Positions 1 through 11,046 of a DNA stretch of 64,000 nt are shown here, piece by piece. The notes beneath the pieces were generated by a model that did not search any database, had not been told where the DNA came from, and saw only the letters and a program-made list of their open reading frames with translations. The stretch spans positions 10,352 to 74,351 of the forward strand of contig CAWJLF010000001.1 in the NCBI GenBank assembly GCA_963843635.1, written 5' to 3'. The stretch's first letter is position 1. Each line of letters starts with the position of its first letter. This DNA is from an uncultured Bacteroidales bacterium (GTDB taxonomy: Bacteria > Bacteroidota > Bacteroidia > Bacteroidales > VadinHA17). Made by a program: the position numbers and the translations under genes.

Positions 1-521
1 TTTCTGCTCATTCCCCTGGCCATTGGGATAGTGCAATAAGAACATCCGTAATCACACCCATCTTGAACCTTGAGAAAGGAGCGAGTCCTGTCACCCATTG
101 AATAGGCCATATTGAAACTGTCTGAGGATGAGATTTCACATGAATGTATGTCAGCTACCTGTTTTTTGCCATAACCGGCAACATAATCCGGAAGATTGAA
201 TTTCTCATTTGTTCCCAGTACAAGATCGACCCCTGGTATTGTAGATATCTCCTGGGGTTTTAACTGGGCATAGCAACCTACAACCGCAATGAAAGCATCC
301 GGTGACAGATTGATAAATTTACGGATTGCCTGCCTGCATTTTTTGTCAGCCGCATCAGTTACCGAACAGGTATTTATAACATAAATATCTGCTCTGTCAC
401 TTGCAGGCACCCTTTCAAATTTATCAGCAGGAAATGATCTTGAAATAGTAGATGTTTCAGCAAAATTAAGCTTACAGCCAAGAGTGTGAAATGCTACTTT
501 CTTCTTAACAACATTCATCAT
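1..521 (-). CDS. mtaB: tRNA threonylcarbamoyladenosine methylthiotransferase MtaB (radical SAM), 5' part; runs off the window start
   Basis: Manual minus-strand translation: MMNVVKKKVAFHTLGCKLNFAETSTI...INTCSVTDAADKKCRQAI...VGCYAQL...RTRSFLKVQDGCDYGCSYCTIPMARG. This is a UPF0004 N-domain plus the CxxxCxxC motif. Not in the ORF track because it is truncated. Confidence 0.93.
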   Translation of the reverse strand, partial: MMNVVKKKVAFHTLGCKLNFAETSTISRSFPADKFERVPASDRADIYVINTCSVTDAADKKCRQAIRKFINLSPDAFIAVVGCYAQLKPQEISTIPGVDLVLGTNEKFNLPDYVAGYGKKQVADIHSCEISSSDSFNMAYSMGDRTRSFLKVQDGCDYGCSYCTIPMARGMSR

Positions 522-582
522 TTTGTTCCGTTGGTGTGACTCATCAGCCTGCACTCCGGCTGAATAAGGTGAATATACCAAA

Positions 583-1263
583 CTACTTAAGTTTAGTAAG
601 GTATACTTTTCTGAATTCTATCTCTTTCCCTTCACTCTGAAGGCAAATATTACCCTTGGTGACAGTAACATTTGTTCCCCTGTTCTGCAATACACCATTC
701 ACATAGACTTCAATAATATCTGATTTGCATATAACTTTTAACTTATTCCATTCCCCTGCAGGTTTCTCAGATGATTCAACAAACTTTGGTACAAATATTT
801 TCGACTTATCAGTCCGTTCTTTCATATCGGCACCACTCATGCATACAAAATCACCTGCATCACCTGCTTTTAACTGACATTCGATACACACAGGCCAGAT
901 GGTGTCAGGACCCTGCACATTTACAAATACTCCGCTGTTAGTAGGCTCGGATGGCCAACGCCATTCAGCATGAAGCTGATAATCGGAGTAACTGTCCTTA
1001 GTACGCATATAACCAAAAGGGGTTCCTGCAATACTTATAATACCGTCTTTAACCGTGAAAACAGTTGTAGGGTCCACTGTTGGATCTTTGAGTTTTAATA
1101 CCCAGTTATTCAGATTCTTCCCATTAAAAAGCACTATTTTATCGCTCTTATCTGACTTTTTATCCTTACTTTTTTTGCCTTTATTCTGTGCAATAGCTGT
1201 TGAAGGGATAAGAAACAGGGCAAAAAAACAGAGAGTTGCAAGCTGTGACATTCTGGTCTTCAT
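583..1263 (-). CDS. Exported DUF1080 (3-keto-disaccharide hydrolase-like) protein
   Basis: Signal peptide ending AIA-Q; LFNGKNLNNW, NSGVF, ECQL, GEWN and GxIxLQSEG motifs. Confidence 0.85.
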   Translation of the reverse strand: MKTRMSQLATLCFFALFLIPSTAIAQNKGKKSKDKKSDKSDKIVLFNGKNLNNWVLKLKDPTVDPTTVFTVKDGIISIAGTPFGYMRTKDSYSDYQLHAEWRWPSEPTNSGVFVNVQGPDTIWPVCIECQLKAGDAGDFVCMSGADMKERTDKSKIFVPKFVESSEKPAGEWNKLKVICKSDIIEVYVNGVLQNRGTNVTVTKGNICLQSEGKEIEFRKVYLTKLK

Positions 1264-1278
1264 AATTAAGGGATTTAT

Positions 1279-2613
1279 TTATAATAATTTACTGGCAAGT
1301 TCAGCAAGGAAACTCCTTTCACCTTTAACCAGATTAACATGTGCAAAGATATCCTGATTTTTCATTTTATCTGACAGATAACTCAATCCGTTCGAGGCAG
1401 TGTCGAGGTATGGTGAATCAATCTGTTCAATATCACCTGTGAAAACCATTTTTGTCCCTTCTCCTGCCCTTGTAATTATTGTCTTGATCTCATGAGGTGT
1501 TAGATTCTGGGCTTCATCCACAATGAAGAAAATGCTTGAGAGGCTTCGACCCCTGATATAAGCCAATGGTGTAATTACCAGCTTATCCTCTTTCATCATG
1601 TCGTTGATTCTCATAAACTCCGGACTCTGATGACTGAATTTGTGTTTTATAACGGTGAGATTATCAAACAGTGGCTGCATATATGGGTCCATTTTCTCTT
1701 TTACATCTCCGGGTAAAAAACCCAGATCGCGGTTTGCGAGAGGAACAATCGGCCTGGCAAGAAAAATTTGCTTGTATCTTTTATGCTGCTGAAGTGCAGC
1801 AGCCAGGGCAAGCAGTGTTTTTCCGGTACCTGCTTTTCCTGTAAGCGAAACAAGTTGAATATCAGGATTTGACAGCGCTTCTATTGCAAAAGTTTGCTCG
1901 GCATTTCTGGGGTCAATGCCATAAGTGGATTGCTTGATCACCCTGTTCAGCATCTTGTTTACAGGATTATAATGAGCCAGGGCACTCGATCCGTTATTCT
2001 TCATTATAAAAAACTGGTGACCTTTCAGTTCCTTGTCTACTGTGAATTCTTCCGAATTCACTCCCTCGGGTGACTCATATAACTTACTAATCAGATTTTG
2101 ATCAACTCCCTCCATTACAGATATCCCTTTATAGAGGTCGTCTATATCCGCGACTTTATCATTTTCGTAATCCTGAGCTATGATACCAAGTGATTTTGCT
2201 TTCATCCTCAAATTGATATCCTTGGTGATCAGCACCACAGCCTTGTCCTTGTTCTGACCGCAAACATATTCTGCAATCGCAAGTATTCTGTGATCGGCAG
2301 TTCGTTCAGGAAATGATTCATTGACTTTCTCTGAGAAATCCTTGCCCGTTTCAATATGAAGATTTCCGAGATTATCACCAAGCGGTATATTGGCAGTCAG
2401 GAGATAATCGCCTGAGAGCTTGTCCAGTTCCCTTGTAAATTCACGGGCATGAAAATTGATCAGGTCATTTCCTCTTTTGAATTTATCAAGCTCCTCAAGA
2501 ACAACTATTGGTATAATAACATCATTCTCTTCAAAATTATATATGCATTTATAATCGTGTAGTAAAACGTTTGTATCTATTATAAAGAGTTTCTTGTTGT
2601 GTTTTTTTCTCAT
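1279..2613 (-). CDS. PhoH-family protein with N-terminal PIN domain (PhoH2/YlaK-like)
   Basis: IIDTNVLLHD PIN motif; Walker A GKAGTGKT; RGRS and DEAQN motifs; TGDIEQID. Confidence 0.92.
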   Translation of the reverse strand: MRKKHNKKLFIIDTNVLLHDYKCIYNFEENDVIIPIVVLEELDKFKRGNDLINFHAREFTRELDKLSGDYLLTANIPLGDNLGNLHIETGKDFSEKVNESFPERTADHRILAIAEYVCGQNKDKAVVLITKDINLRMKAKSLGIIAQDYENDKVADIDDLYKGISVMEGVDQNLISKLYESPEGVNSEEFTVDKELKGHQFFIMKNNGSSALAHYNPVNKMLNRVIKQSTYGIDPRNAEQTFAIEALSNPDIQLVSLTGKAGTGKTLLALAAALQQHKRYKQIFLARPIVPLANRDLGFLPGDVKEKMDPYMQPLFDNLTVIKHKFSHQSPEFMRINDMMKEDKLVITPLAYIRGRSLSSIFFIVDEAQNLTPHEIKTIITRAGEGTKMVFTGDIEQIDSPYLDTASNGLSYLSDKMKNQDIFAHVNLVKGERSFLAELASKLL

Positions 2614-2831
2614 TTTGAAATAGTTAATTACCAGTAACTTATAAAGATATTATACCTCTGATAAGAACTTGTAAAAATAAGTAATTTAAGCCACAAATTG
2701 CTATCTAATTGTTAAGTTTGTCAATTAGTTTTACAAGCATTACTTTACGAGTATTTATTTTTCGCTGAGTCTCGCTCCCTGCATCATAAGACGAAAATTC
2801 TGTGGAAGATGACTCAAAGTGCCGGCATTGA

Positions 2832-4133
2832 ATGTTGAACCAGATGACATTTGAAAAGACAATAGAATTTTTGTTCAGCCAGTTACCTGTTTATCAGCGT
2901 ATTGGGAAGGCGGCCTACAAGAATGACCTGACGAACACTATAGTACTGGACAACTATCTTGGAAATCCTCACAGGAAATATAAAATAATTCATGTTGGCG
3001 GAACCAACGGGAAAGGATCAGTCTCACACTTGATAGCTTCGGTATTGCAGGAAGCTGGTTATAAGACCGGGTTATATACTTCTCCCCACCTGAAGGATTT
3101 TAGGGAAAGAATAAAGATTAACGGGGAAATGATCCCAAAAGGGGAGGTTGTGTCTTTTGTATTAAAGCACAAAGAACTAATTGATTCTCTTAAGCCCTCT
3201 TTCTTCGAAATGACAGTAGCTATGGCTTTCGATTATTTTGCTGAAGCGAATGTTGATGTTGCTATTGTTGAAGTCGGGCTTGGTGGAAGACTTGATTCAA
3301 CGAATATTGTGGATCCTGTTTTTTCAGTTATAACCAATATTGGCCATGATCATATGGACCTGCTCGGAGATACACTTGGGAAAATAGCAGAGGAGAAAGC
3401 TGGAATAATTAAGGAAAAAAGAGATGTTATCATAAGCGAAACACAGCCTGAATCAGAAAAGATTTTTAACTACAGGGCAGCAGAAAGAAAGGCAACAATT
3501 GTGTATGCCGACAAAAGATTCAGCTGTGATTTAAAGGTTGATCAAGAGTTATCCGGGAGCAGGCAATATATAGTTACAGATAAAGTTTCGCATTCAGCTT
3601 ATCAGGGGGAGACCGGGCTAGCAGGTGATTACCAGGCTGCTAACCTTAAGGCTGTATTTGCTTCATTCGATCTTTTGAGAAATAATTTCAAAGTTACTAT
3701 TGAAAACCTGAAAGAAGGAATTAAAAATGTGATTGTCAATACAGGTCTTAGCGGACGGTGGCAGATTTTGAATCAAGAACCTCTTCTAGTTTGCGATACG
3801 GCTCATAACAGGGAGGGATTAAGGATTGTGATCCAACAGATTTTGTCTCTCAAAAAAGAAAATTTGCATATTGTAATAGGATTTGTAAATGATAAAGATA
3901 TTAATTCAGTTCTGCCCCTGTTCCCGGCTGACGCAACATATTATTTTACAAGAGCTTCGGTACCGAGAGCCCTCGACGAGGTCGTCCTGAGGAATCAGGC
4001 AGTGAAGTTTGGTCTGAAGGGCAATAGTTACCCGGATGTAAGTGGTGCACTTCATGAAGCTGAAAAAAATGCCGGCAAAAAAGACATGATTTTTGTAGGG
4101 GGAAGCACTTTTATTGTAGCTGAAGTGTTATGA
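2832..4133 (+). CDS. folC: Folylpolyglutamate synthase / dihydrofolate synthase
   Basis: HVGGTNGKGS, YTSPHL..FRERI, EVGLGGRLDSTN and DTAHN motifs. Confidence 0.95.
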   Translation: MLNQMTFEKTIEFLFSQLPVYQRIGKAAYKNDLTNTIVLDNYLGNPHRKYKIIHVGGTNGKGSVSHLIASVLQEAGYKTGLYTSPHLKDFRERIKINGEMIPKGEVVSFVLKHKELIDSLKPSFFEMTVAMAFDYFAEANVDVAIVEVGLGGRLDSTNIVDPVFSVITNIGHDHMDLLGDTLGKIAEEKAGIIKEKRDVIISETQPESEKIFNYRAAERKATIVYADKRFSCDLKVDQELSGSRQYIVTDKVSHSAYQGETGLAGDYQAANLKAVFASFDLLRNNFKVTIENLKEGIKNVIVNTGLSGRWQILNQEPLLVCDTAHNREGLRIVIQQILSLKKENLHIVIGFVNDKDINSVLPLFPADATYYFTRASVPRALDEVVLRNQAVKFGLKGNSYPDVSGALHEAEKNAGKKDMIFVGGSTFIVAEVL

Positions 4134-4209
4134 GTCTTAAATTACCTCACTTCCAGGTTCCGGGAACATGAGTTTAGCATAATTGATTAGCTTTGTAAAG
4201 ATATAAACC

Positions 4210-6015
4210 ATGGTATTTATGAATAAAGCAGCCCTGATCATTTTAATGTTTATCTCGTTTCCTGTTATTAGAGCACAGAATGAGAAAACGATAACAATTC
4301 TTCACACCAATGATCTTCATTCACATCTTGTTGGATTTGCTCCTGAATCGTCATATTCGCCGGAAATTGTTAATAATGATAATACTCGTGGCGGATTTGC
4401 GCGGATAGCATCTATAATAAGAGAAGAAAAGAATAAAGATAATGGCATTACCCTGGTTCTGGATGCAGGGGACTTTCTTATGGGGACCCTTTTTCAGACC
4501 ATTGAGACAGAGAATGGTTTTCAACTGAGTTTAATGAAGGAAATTGGATTTGATGTAACCTGTTTTGGTAACCATGAATTCGATTTTGGACCCGGAAAAC
4601 TGGCACAAATAATCAGCAGTTCTGCTATGAGAGGCAAGATACCTGCAATACTGATGGATAATGTAGAATTCAGCTCCGGGGATACCGCTGATGATGGGCT
4701 TGAAAAACTCTATTCTGAAGGGATTATAAAAAGAAAAGTTATACTGGATAAGGAGGGAATCAGGATTGGCATTTTCTCATTATTGGGTAAAGATGCCGTG
4801 GATGATGCTCCGAAAGCATTTCCTGTAACTTTCTCAAAGCAAATATCATACGCCAGGAAAATGGTGGATGAACTAAAGCAGGCTGACTGTAATGTAATAA
4901 TATGCCTTTCCCATTCAGGGGTTGCTCTAAGAAAAAATGGTGAGTGGGGAGGGGAGGATGTTGAACTGGCTCACAAAGTGAAGGGGATTGATGTAATTAT
5001 TAGTGGTCACACACATACACGGCTTGATCAGCCCATAATGGTGGATGGTGTTCCTGTTGTTCAGACTGGAGCATACGGAGAAAATGTTGGGAGACTTACG
5101 CTCAGTTATTCTTCCGGGAAAGTTCAGGTTAAAAATTACAGTCTGATCCCGGTTAACGATGAAATTAAGGGTGATGAATCCGTAGTTAAGAAAATTGACA
5201 TAGAGAAGGTGAAAATAGATACTGAAGTTCTTATCCCGATAGGGCTGAAATATAACATGAAAATTGCTGAGACCGATTTTAAGCTCGAAGGTAATGAAAC
5301 AGGAGACTTTCTTGAAAGCAACCTCGGACCACTGGTTGCTGATGCCATCCGGTTTTATGTGAACAGGCATTGTGAAGCGGGTACCGATATCAGCATGGTT
5401 GCTGCCGGGGTTATAAGGGACAATATATCTCCCGGTCTGCAGGAGACATCTGACATTTTCAGGGTGATGTCACTCGGATCGGGAAATGATAATGTGCCTG
5501 GTTATCCTCTTTCAAGGTTATTTGTGACCGGAAAGGAACTCAAGAGTATCCTGGAGATACTTCAGATAGCATATAAATCCAAACCTGACAATTATTGCTA
5601 CTATTCTGGTATCCGTGTGCAATATGATCCGGGTAAGGGGTTATTCAGGAAGATTAAAAAGGTGGAAATAGAAAAGCCTGATGGTAATTTTATAAATGTG
5701 GACCTTTCAAAGCGAAATAAAACATTGTATTCTGTTACCGCTAATTCATATATGCTTGAATACTTCGGAATAATAAAGAAAATGAGTTTTGGCCTGATCA
5801 ATGTAATACCCAAGGACCAGGATGGGGTGAGAATAGCGGACATGAAAAATGCTGTCATTGATATGAACAGTAGTAAATCGGGTATCCAGGAGGGAAAAGA
5901 GTGGCTGGCATTGCTGGAGTATCTTGGAAGTATGAAGGACTCTAACGGGGATGGTATACCGGATATTGACAATAGGTATGCAAAACCGGTCAAGTGTTTT
6001 TACTTGGTGAAATAA
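4210..6015 (+). CDS. Exported bifunctional metallophosphatase / 5'-nucleotidase
   Basis: Signal peptide; HTNDLHS, DAGD, GNHEFD and SGHTH calcineurin-like motifs; C-terminal nucleotidase domain. Confidence 0.9.
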   Translation: MVFMNKAALIILMFISFPVIRAQNEKTITILHTNDLHSHLVGFAPESSYSPEIVNNDNTRGGFARIASIIREEKNKDNGITLVLDAGDFLMGTLFQTIETENGFQLSLMKEIGFDVTCFGNHEFDFGPGKLAQIISSSAMRGKIPAILMDNVEFSSGDTADDGLEKLYSEGIIKRKVILDKEGIRIGIFSLLGKDAVDDAPKAFPVTFSKQISYARKMVDELKQADCNVIICLSHSGVALRKNGEWGGEDVELAHKVKGIDVIISGHTHTRLDQPIMVDGVPVVQTGAYGENVGRLTLSYSSGKVQVKNYSLIPVNDEIKGDESVVKKIDIEKVKIDTEVLIPIGLKYNMKIAETDFKLEGNETGDFLESNLGPLVADAIRFYVNRHCEAGTDISMVAAGVIRDNISPGLQETSDIFRVMSLGSGNDNVPGYPLSRLFVTGKELKSILEILQIAYKSKPDNYCYYSGIRVQYDPGKGLFRKIKKVEIEKPDGNFINVDLSKRNKTLYSVTANSYMLEYFGIIKKMSFGLINVIPKDQDGVRIADMKNAVIDMNSSKSGIQEGKEWLALLEYLGSMKDSNGDGIPDIDNRYAKPVKCFYLVK

Positions 6016-6042
6016 TAAATAAGCTGATAGTTATAATTGTTT

Positions 6043-6957
6043 TTAAGAATTGGTCAGCCAAGATGTATGTTCATCAACCTGCTCAAAGTTAGCCATTGCT
6101 ATCGCCGCTGAAGTAATGAAATCATGTTTGAGAACCCATAATACAGCTTCTTTGTAACTTGGGTCAACTGAAGGAGATGGGGAATATTTCCCCCCTGAGC
6201 ATGTTTTCATGGCAATAACACCAATACCCTTATTGTTTGCTTCAGTAAGTATTGATATAAGTTTTTCCTGGTTCCATTCAGAATATCTGCCTGTTAAGGA
6301 ATGGACAAAAGACCCCTTGTGGTTGAAAGGAACCATTATTATGTCGTAAAAAGTCTCGGAATTATTTCTATCGGGCAGATTCATTAAATCATTGTGAGTT
6401 GAAAACCCGTGTGCCTTGATTGTCCCTGCCCTTTTCATCTTGTCAAAAAAATTCATTGTTTCCTGATGGAAAAGCAGGTTTTCATCTGAAGCGTCATGAT
6501 ACAGAAGGATATCAATGTAATCTGTGTTAAGCGCCTTCAGGCTTGCTTCCAGTTTGGAAGAGAGGGCTGATCTTATTTCTTCGATACCTTTTTTGCCTTT
6601 TCCACCTGCTGGCAGCTCATTCATCTCCAGTCGTATTTTTGACTGAATTATTACATCTCTTCTCGAACCAGCCACAGCTCTTCCAACAAGCTTTTCATTA
6701 TTCCCGTTGCCATATGACCGGCCTGTATCAATGAAGTTCATGCCCTTTTCCATAGCATATCTGATAAGCGACTCTTCGCTGGTCCTGGGAGCTCCAAAAC
6801 ACATAGGTGTGACCATCATGTTGGACCTGCCGGTACTTCTGAGTTCTATAGCCTTAGATAGCTCAATTGTAAATCTTCCGTGATAAAGACTTAAGCCGGC
6901 TAATCCGGATAATGTTTTGGTAAAGAATTCTTTCCTGTTGATTCGCTTTTTATTCAT
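6043..6957 (-). CDS. Aldo/keto reductase with Tat-like leader
   Basis: NRKEFF leader; GMNFIDTGRSYG; LEASLKALNTDYIDIL. Start placed at MNKKR (the ORF track extends to 6987). Confidence 0.8.
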   Translation of the reverse strand: MNKKRINRKEFFTKTLSGLAGLSLYHGRFTIELSKAIELRSTGRSNMMVTPMCFGAPRTSEESLIRYAMEKGMNFIDTGRSYGNGNNEKLVGRAVAGSRRDVIIQSKIRLEMNELPAGGKGKKGIEEIRSALSSKLEASLKALNTDYIDILLYHDASDENLLFHQETMNFFDKMKRAGTIKAHGFSTHNDLMNLPDRNNSETFYDIIMVPFNHKGSFVHSLTGRYSEWNQEKLISILTEANNKGIGVIAMKTCSGGKYSPSPSVDPSYKEAVLWVLKHDFITSAAIAMANFEQVDEHTSWLTNS

Positions 6958-7056
6958 GTTGTGAAAAAAGAGTGACGGATTCAGCATTACATGAGGGTAA
7001 AGTTAATAAAGTTTTCAAGAATTATTTTTATATGTTTGTGTACTAATTATTAGTAT

Positions 7057-7992
7057 ATGGGAACAAGCATCTATTTCTGGATTGGATTTCATGTTTTCAT
7101 TTTTCTGATGCTTGCACTGGATCTGGGAGTTTTTCATAAAAAGATACATAAGATATCCGTAAAGGAAGCTTTTGTCTGGAGTCTGGTGTGGATTGGACTT
7201 GCTCTGATTTTTAATGTCCTGATATACTTTGATAAAGGTTTTGGCCCTACAAAGGCACTTGAGTTCTTTACAGGATACCTCATTGAGTATTCCCTCAGTG
7301 TGGATAATATTTTCGTTTTTATTCTTATATTTTCATATTTTGCTGTAAATGAGAAGTATCAGCATAAGATACTTTTCTGGGGCATAATCGGAGCCTTAAT
7401 AATGAGAGGGATTTTCATCATTGCGGGGGTGGCATTGATCAACCGGTTCCAGTGGATAGTACTGATATTTGGGGGTTTTCTGGTTTTTACCGGGATAAGG
7501 ATGTTGCTTCATAAGGAGACATCTGTAGATCCCGAAAAAAACCCTGTGGTTAGATTTTTCAGGAAATTCTTACCTGTATCTCAGGAATTGCACGGAGATA
7601 AATTACTGGTAAAACAAAATGGGAAACTATTTGCTACACCATTGTTTCTGGTTCTCGTAATTATAGAATCATCTGACCTGATATTTGCTGTCGATAGTAT
7701 TCCTGCCATACTGGCAATAAGTAAGCATACCTTCATTGTATACACATCCAACATATTCGCTATCCTGGGATTACGTTCACTGTATTTCGCAATTGCGGGA
7801 ATTATGGGACTTTTCAGATACCTCAAGACCGGACTTGCTTTTGTTCTCTCTTTTGTAGGCATAAAGATGTTAATTGCATATTTTGGAATTGAAATTCATA
7901 TTTTCCTGTCGCTTTTGATAATTGTATCTATTCTGGTAATCTCAATACTTGCTTCTCTTATCATTAAAGATAAAAATGATGAGTCTGATTAA
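7057..7992 (+). CDS. TerC/Alx family membrane protein
   Basis: LALDLG, IEYSLSVDNIFVF, SDLIFAVDSIPA and SNIFAILGLR motifs; TATGTTTG -7 box at 7031-7038. Confidence 0.93.
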   Translation: MGTSIYFWIGFHVFIFLMLALDLGVFHKKIHKISVKEAFVWSLVWIGLALIFNVLIYFDKGFGPTKALEFFTGYLIEYSLSVDNIFVFILIFSYFAVNEKYQHKILFWGIIGALIMRGIFIIAGVALINRFQWIVLIFGGFLVFTGIRMLLHKETSVDPEKNPVVRFFRKFLPVSQELHGDKLLVKQNGKLFATPLFLVLVIIESSDLIFAVDSIPAILAISKHTFIVYTSNIFAILGLRSLYFAIAGIMGLFRYLKTGLAFVLSFVGIKMLIAYFGIEIHIFLSLLIIVSILVISILASLIIKDKNDESD

Positions 7993-8013
7993 TTTTATTT
8001 ATAGATAAGCAGT

Positions 8014-10893
8014 ATGAATCTGAAACGAAATAAACCGGCTTTCACCTGGTATCTTCTAATTCTGTTTCTTTTGGTTTCATCAGTTGCTGTACTGACAGGC
8101 TATGCTTATTACGTTTACCAGAAAAAGAGTCTTTTGGCTGAAACACAAAAGGAATTGTCCTCAATAGAGAATCTGAAGATCAGGCAGATTACCCAGTGGC
8201 GTTTAGAAAGAATCGGAAATGCTAATTTTCTTAGAGAGGATAAGTCTATTCTGAACATGGTCTTGGCTTATTTAGCAGACAATCAGAACTTATCGGCAAA
8301 AAAAGATCTGATTAAAGTCTTTAAATCTCTTACTGACAATTTCGACTATAAGGGAGTACAATTGTTGAATGCCGAAGGTAACACGGTGCTTACCTATCCG
8401 GTTAATGACAGCCCTCATGAAAGTTTCCCCTGGCAGCTCTTGAAAGATGTTACGGAAAGGCAGCGTATCATTCTGTCCGATCTTCACCTCAACAGTCAGG
8501 AGACCAATGTACATCTTGACCTCCTGGTACCCCTGACACTTAATGGCACTGGCGGTTCAGAGATAAGCGGAATACTTGACCTGAAGGTCGATCCATCCCG
8601 GGTACTCTTCCCGCTTCTTAAGTCGTGGCCAACTCCAAGCAGGAGTTCCGAGACAATGCTCATCAGAAAAGATGGTGATAATATTTTATTTCTTAATGCA
8701 TTAAAACATTTAAAGAATAGTGAACTTTTTCTAAAAGAACCTTTTAAGATGAAAAACCTGACCTCTGCCATGGCAATCAGAGGTATTGACGGTACAAATG
8801 AGGGTGTTGATTACAGAAATGTCCCGGTGGTGGCTGCTATGAATAAGGTGCCGGGCACTGCATGGTACATGGTGGCAAAGACTGACAGGGAGGAGGTATT
8901 ATCCGTACTTAACAGGCGGATGAGAATTGTAATTATAATTATGGTGCTGTTTCTTTTTGGACTGGCGATGCTTGTTGGATTCCTGTCAAGGAACCAGCGA
9001 GCCAGGTATTACAGGGAAAAATACGAAGATGAGTTAAACCGGCTTGCTCTTATTAAACACTTCGACTATATTTTAAAGTTTGCTAATGATGTAATATTCC
9101 TGCTGGATAAGGATTTTACCATCGTAGAAGCTAACGACCGGGCCCTGGAAGTATACATGTATTCAAGGGATGAAATTATAGGAATGAAACTGGAGGATAT
9201 AAGAGCTGAAGAATCTTTGGACCAGTTAGCCGGTCATATCAGGAAAGTGGATGAAAATGAATCAGCGACATTTGAGACACTTCACAAAAGAAAGGATAAA
9301 ACGGTTTTTCCTGTTGAAGTAAGCTCAAGGCTGGTTATCATAGAGGGCAAAAAGTATTACCAGACTATCGGGAGAGATATCACAGAACGAAAAAGAGTTG
9401 AAAATGTCCTTAAGGAGAGTGAGGAACGATTCAGGAAGATATTTGAGGAAAGCCCTTTCAGTATGCTTATAACAGCTAAAAATTTTGAGATAGTAAGGGC
9501 TAATCTGTCTTTCTGTAAACTGACAGGCTATGATGAAAATGAACTTAAATTGCTAACATTCAAAGATTTTACTCATTCTGAGCATGTCAGGAATGATGAA
9601 CTTTCATTACTCAGACTTGTGGCAGGTGAGATATCTGTCTACCAGACAGAGAAGAGGTATATAAGGAAGGATGGTTCAATAGTATGGGGTTCAACCAATG
9701 TGACCCTGATGCGAAACAATAAAGAAGAGGTCATTTTTTTTCTTGTGATGATAGAAGATATATCAAAAAGGAAGACTGCTGAAGTTGAGCTGGAGAAATC
9801 ATTTTCATTACTGAAAGCCACTCTTGAATCGACGGTTGATGGGATACTGGTTGTGGATAATAATGGCAAAATAGTCCAGTACAATGCCAAATTTGCTGAG
9901 ATGTGGAATATCCCGCAGGCTATTCTGGATTCAGGAGATGATTCTGCCGCACTGGACTTTGTAAAGGAACAAATGGTTCATCAGGAACAATTCATTGAGA
10001 ACGTGTCAAAACTTTATTCAGATAATGAGGCAGTTACTTCAGATATTCTCGAATTCAGGGATGGAAGATGTTTTGAAAGGTATTCCCAGCCTCAGAAGAT
10101 TAATGGGATAAGTGTTGGTAGAGTATGGAGTTTTCGCGATATAACATTACAGAAAAAAGCAGAGGTTGAGCTTATAGAAGCCAAGGAGAAAGCGGAGGAG
10201 AGTGACAGGCTCAAGACAGCATTCCTTCATAATATATCGCATGAAATACGTACCCCGATGAATGCAATAGTCGGTTTCTCAACTCTTCTGGGAGAACCTG
10301 ATCTTAAGGTTACCGACCAGCAGCAGTATATAGATATAATTGGTCAGAGCAGTATGCAGTTACTTTCAATTATTAATGACATTGTGGATATCGCAAATAT
10401 TGAGAGCGGCCAGGTTGTTCTGAATCTTAAAATAATTGAACTTAATTCTGTACTGAAAAACCTTAAGGAACAGTTCAGTTACAGAGTAAGGGAACAGGAC
10501 CTGGTTATAAACCTGCATACGGGATTGCCCGATAAAGAATCGGTTATAAATACAGATTCCACAAAGCTTATCCAGATATTGTCCAATCTAATAAATAATG
10601 CTCTTAAATTCACTAGTAAAGGGCAAATCGATTTCGGATATTCACTTAAAAGAAAATATCTCGAGTTCTATGTCATGGATACCGGAATAGGTATAAGCGA
10701 TGAAAACAGGATAAGAGTATTTGACAGGTTTTTTCAGGTAAAGAGGACTGACTCACACAAGTATGGAGGTACAGGACTCGGACTCTCAATTTGTAAGGCC
10801 TATGTCGACCTCTTTGGCGGAGTGATTTCTGTTGAGTCGAAAGAAGGTCAGGGCACGACCTTTGTCTTCACCATCCCGTATTCACCAGTATAA
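8014..10893 (+). CDS. Membrane-bound PAS-domain sensor histidine kinase (periplasmic Cache-like domain, 3 PAS, HisKA, HATPase); no cognate regulator nearby
   Basis: Two TM helices; three RDIT/EDIS-type PAC ends; SHEIRTPMNAIVGF H-box; N, G1 (DTGIG) and G2 (GTGLGL) boxes. Confidence 0.92.
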   Translation: MNLKRNKPAFTWYLLILFLLVSSVAVLTGYAYYVYQKKSLLAETQKELSSIENLKIRQITQWRLERIGNANFLREDKSILNMVLAYLADNQNLSAKKDLIKVFKSLTDNFDYKGVQLLNAEGNTVLTYPVNDSPHESFPWQLLKDVTERQRIILSDLHLNSQETNVHLDLLVPLTLNGTGGSEISGILDLKVDPSRVLFPLLKSWPTPSRSSETMLIRKDGDNILFLNALKHLKNSELFLKEPFKMKNLTSAMAIRGIDGTNEGVDYRNVPVVAAMNKVPGTAWYMVAKTDREEVLSVLNRRMRIVIIIMVLFLFGLAMLVGFLSRNQRARYYREKYEDELNRLALIKHFDYILKFANDVIFLLDKDFTIVEANDRALEVYMYSRDEIIGMKLEDIRAEESLDQLAGHIRKVDENESATFETLHKRKDKTVFPVEVSSRLVIIEGKKYYQTIGRDITERKRVENVLKESEERFRKIFEESPFSMLITAKNFEIVRANLSFCKLTGYDENELKLLTFKDFTHSEHVRNDELSLLRLVAGEISVYQTEKRYIRKDGSIVWGSTNVTLMRNNKEEVIFFLVMIEDISKRKTAEVELEKSFSLLKATLESTVDGILVVDNNGKIVQYNAKFAEMWNIPQAILDSGDDSAALDFVKEQMVHQEQFIENVSKLYSDNEAVTSDILEFRDGRCFERYSQPQKINGISVGRVWSFRDITLQKKAEVELIEAKEKAEESDRLKTAFLHNISHEIRTPMNAIVGFSTLLGEPDLKVTDQQQYIDIIGQSSMQLLSIINDIVDIANIESGQVVLNLKIIELNSVLKNLKEQFSYRVREQDLVINLHTGLPDKESVINTDSTKLIQILSNLINNALKFTSKGQIDFGYSLKRKYLEFYVMDTGIGISDENRIRVFDRFFQVKRTDSHKYGGTGLGLSICKAYVDLFGGVISVESKEGQGTTFVFTIPYSPV

Positions 10894-11046
10894 ACAGCCG
10901 GTACTGTTTTGTATTTGTTTATCATAAAATCTTTTAGTTTTAAATTTTTTTATGATAAAGATCATTTCCCTCTAATTTCGGACAATTAACATGAACAATC
11001 CGCGTTTATTTTATGTTTATTTAGTCTAAATTAAAATAAATATGCC

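Noticed and set aside
2765-2817. Folate riboswitch upstream of folC
   Set aside because: Only a short TGAGTC/GACTCA stem; I cannot match it to the THF riboswitch consensus by eye (an Infernal search would settle it)
6960-7056. yybP-ykoY riboswitch before terC
   Set aside because: The -7 box sits about 20 bp from the ATG, leaving no room for an aptamer
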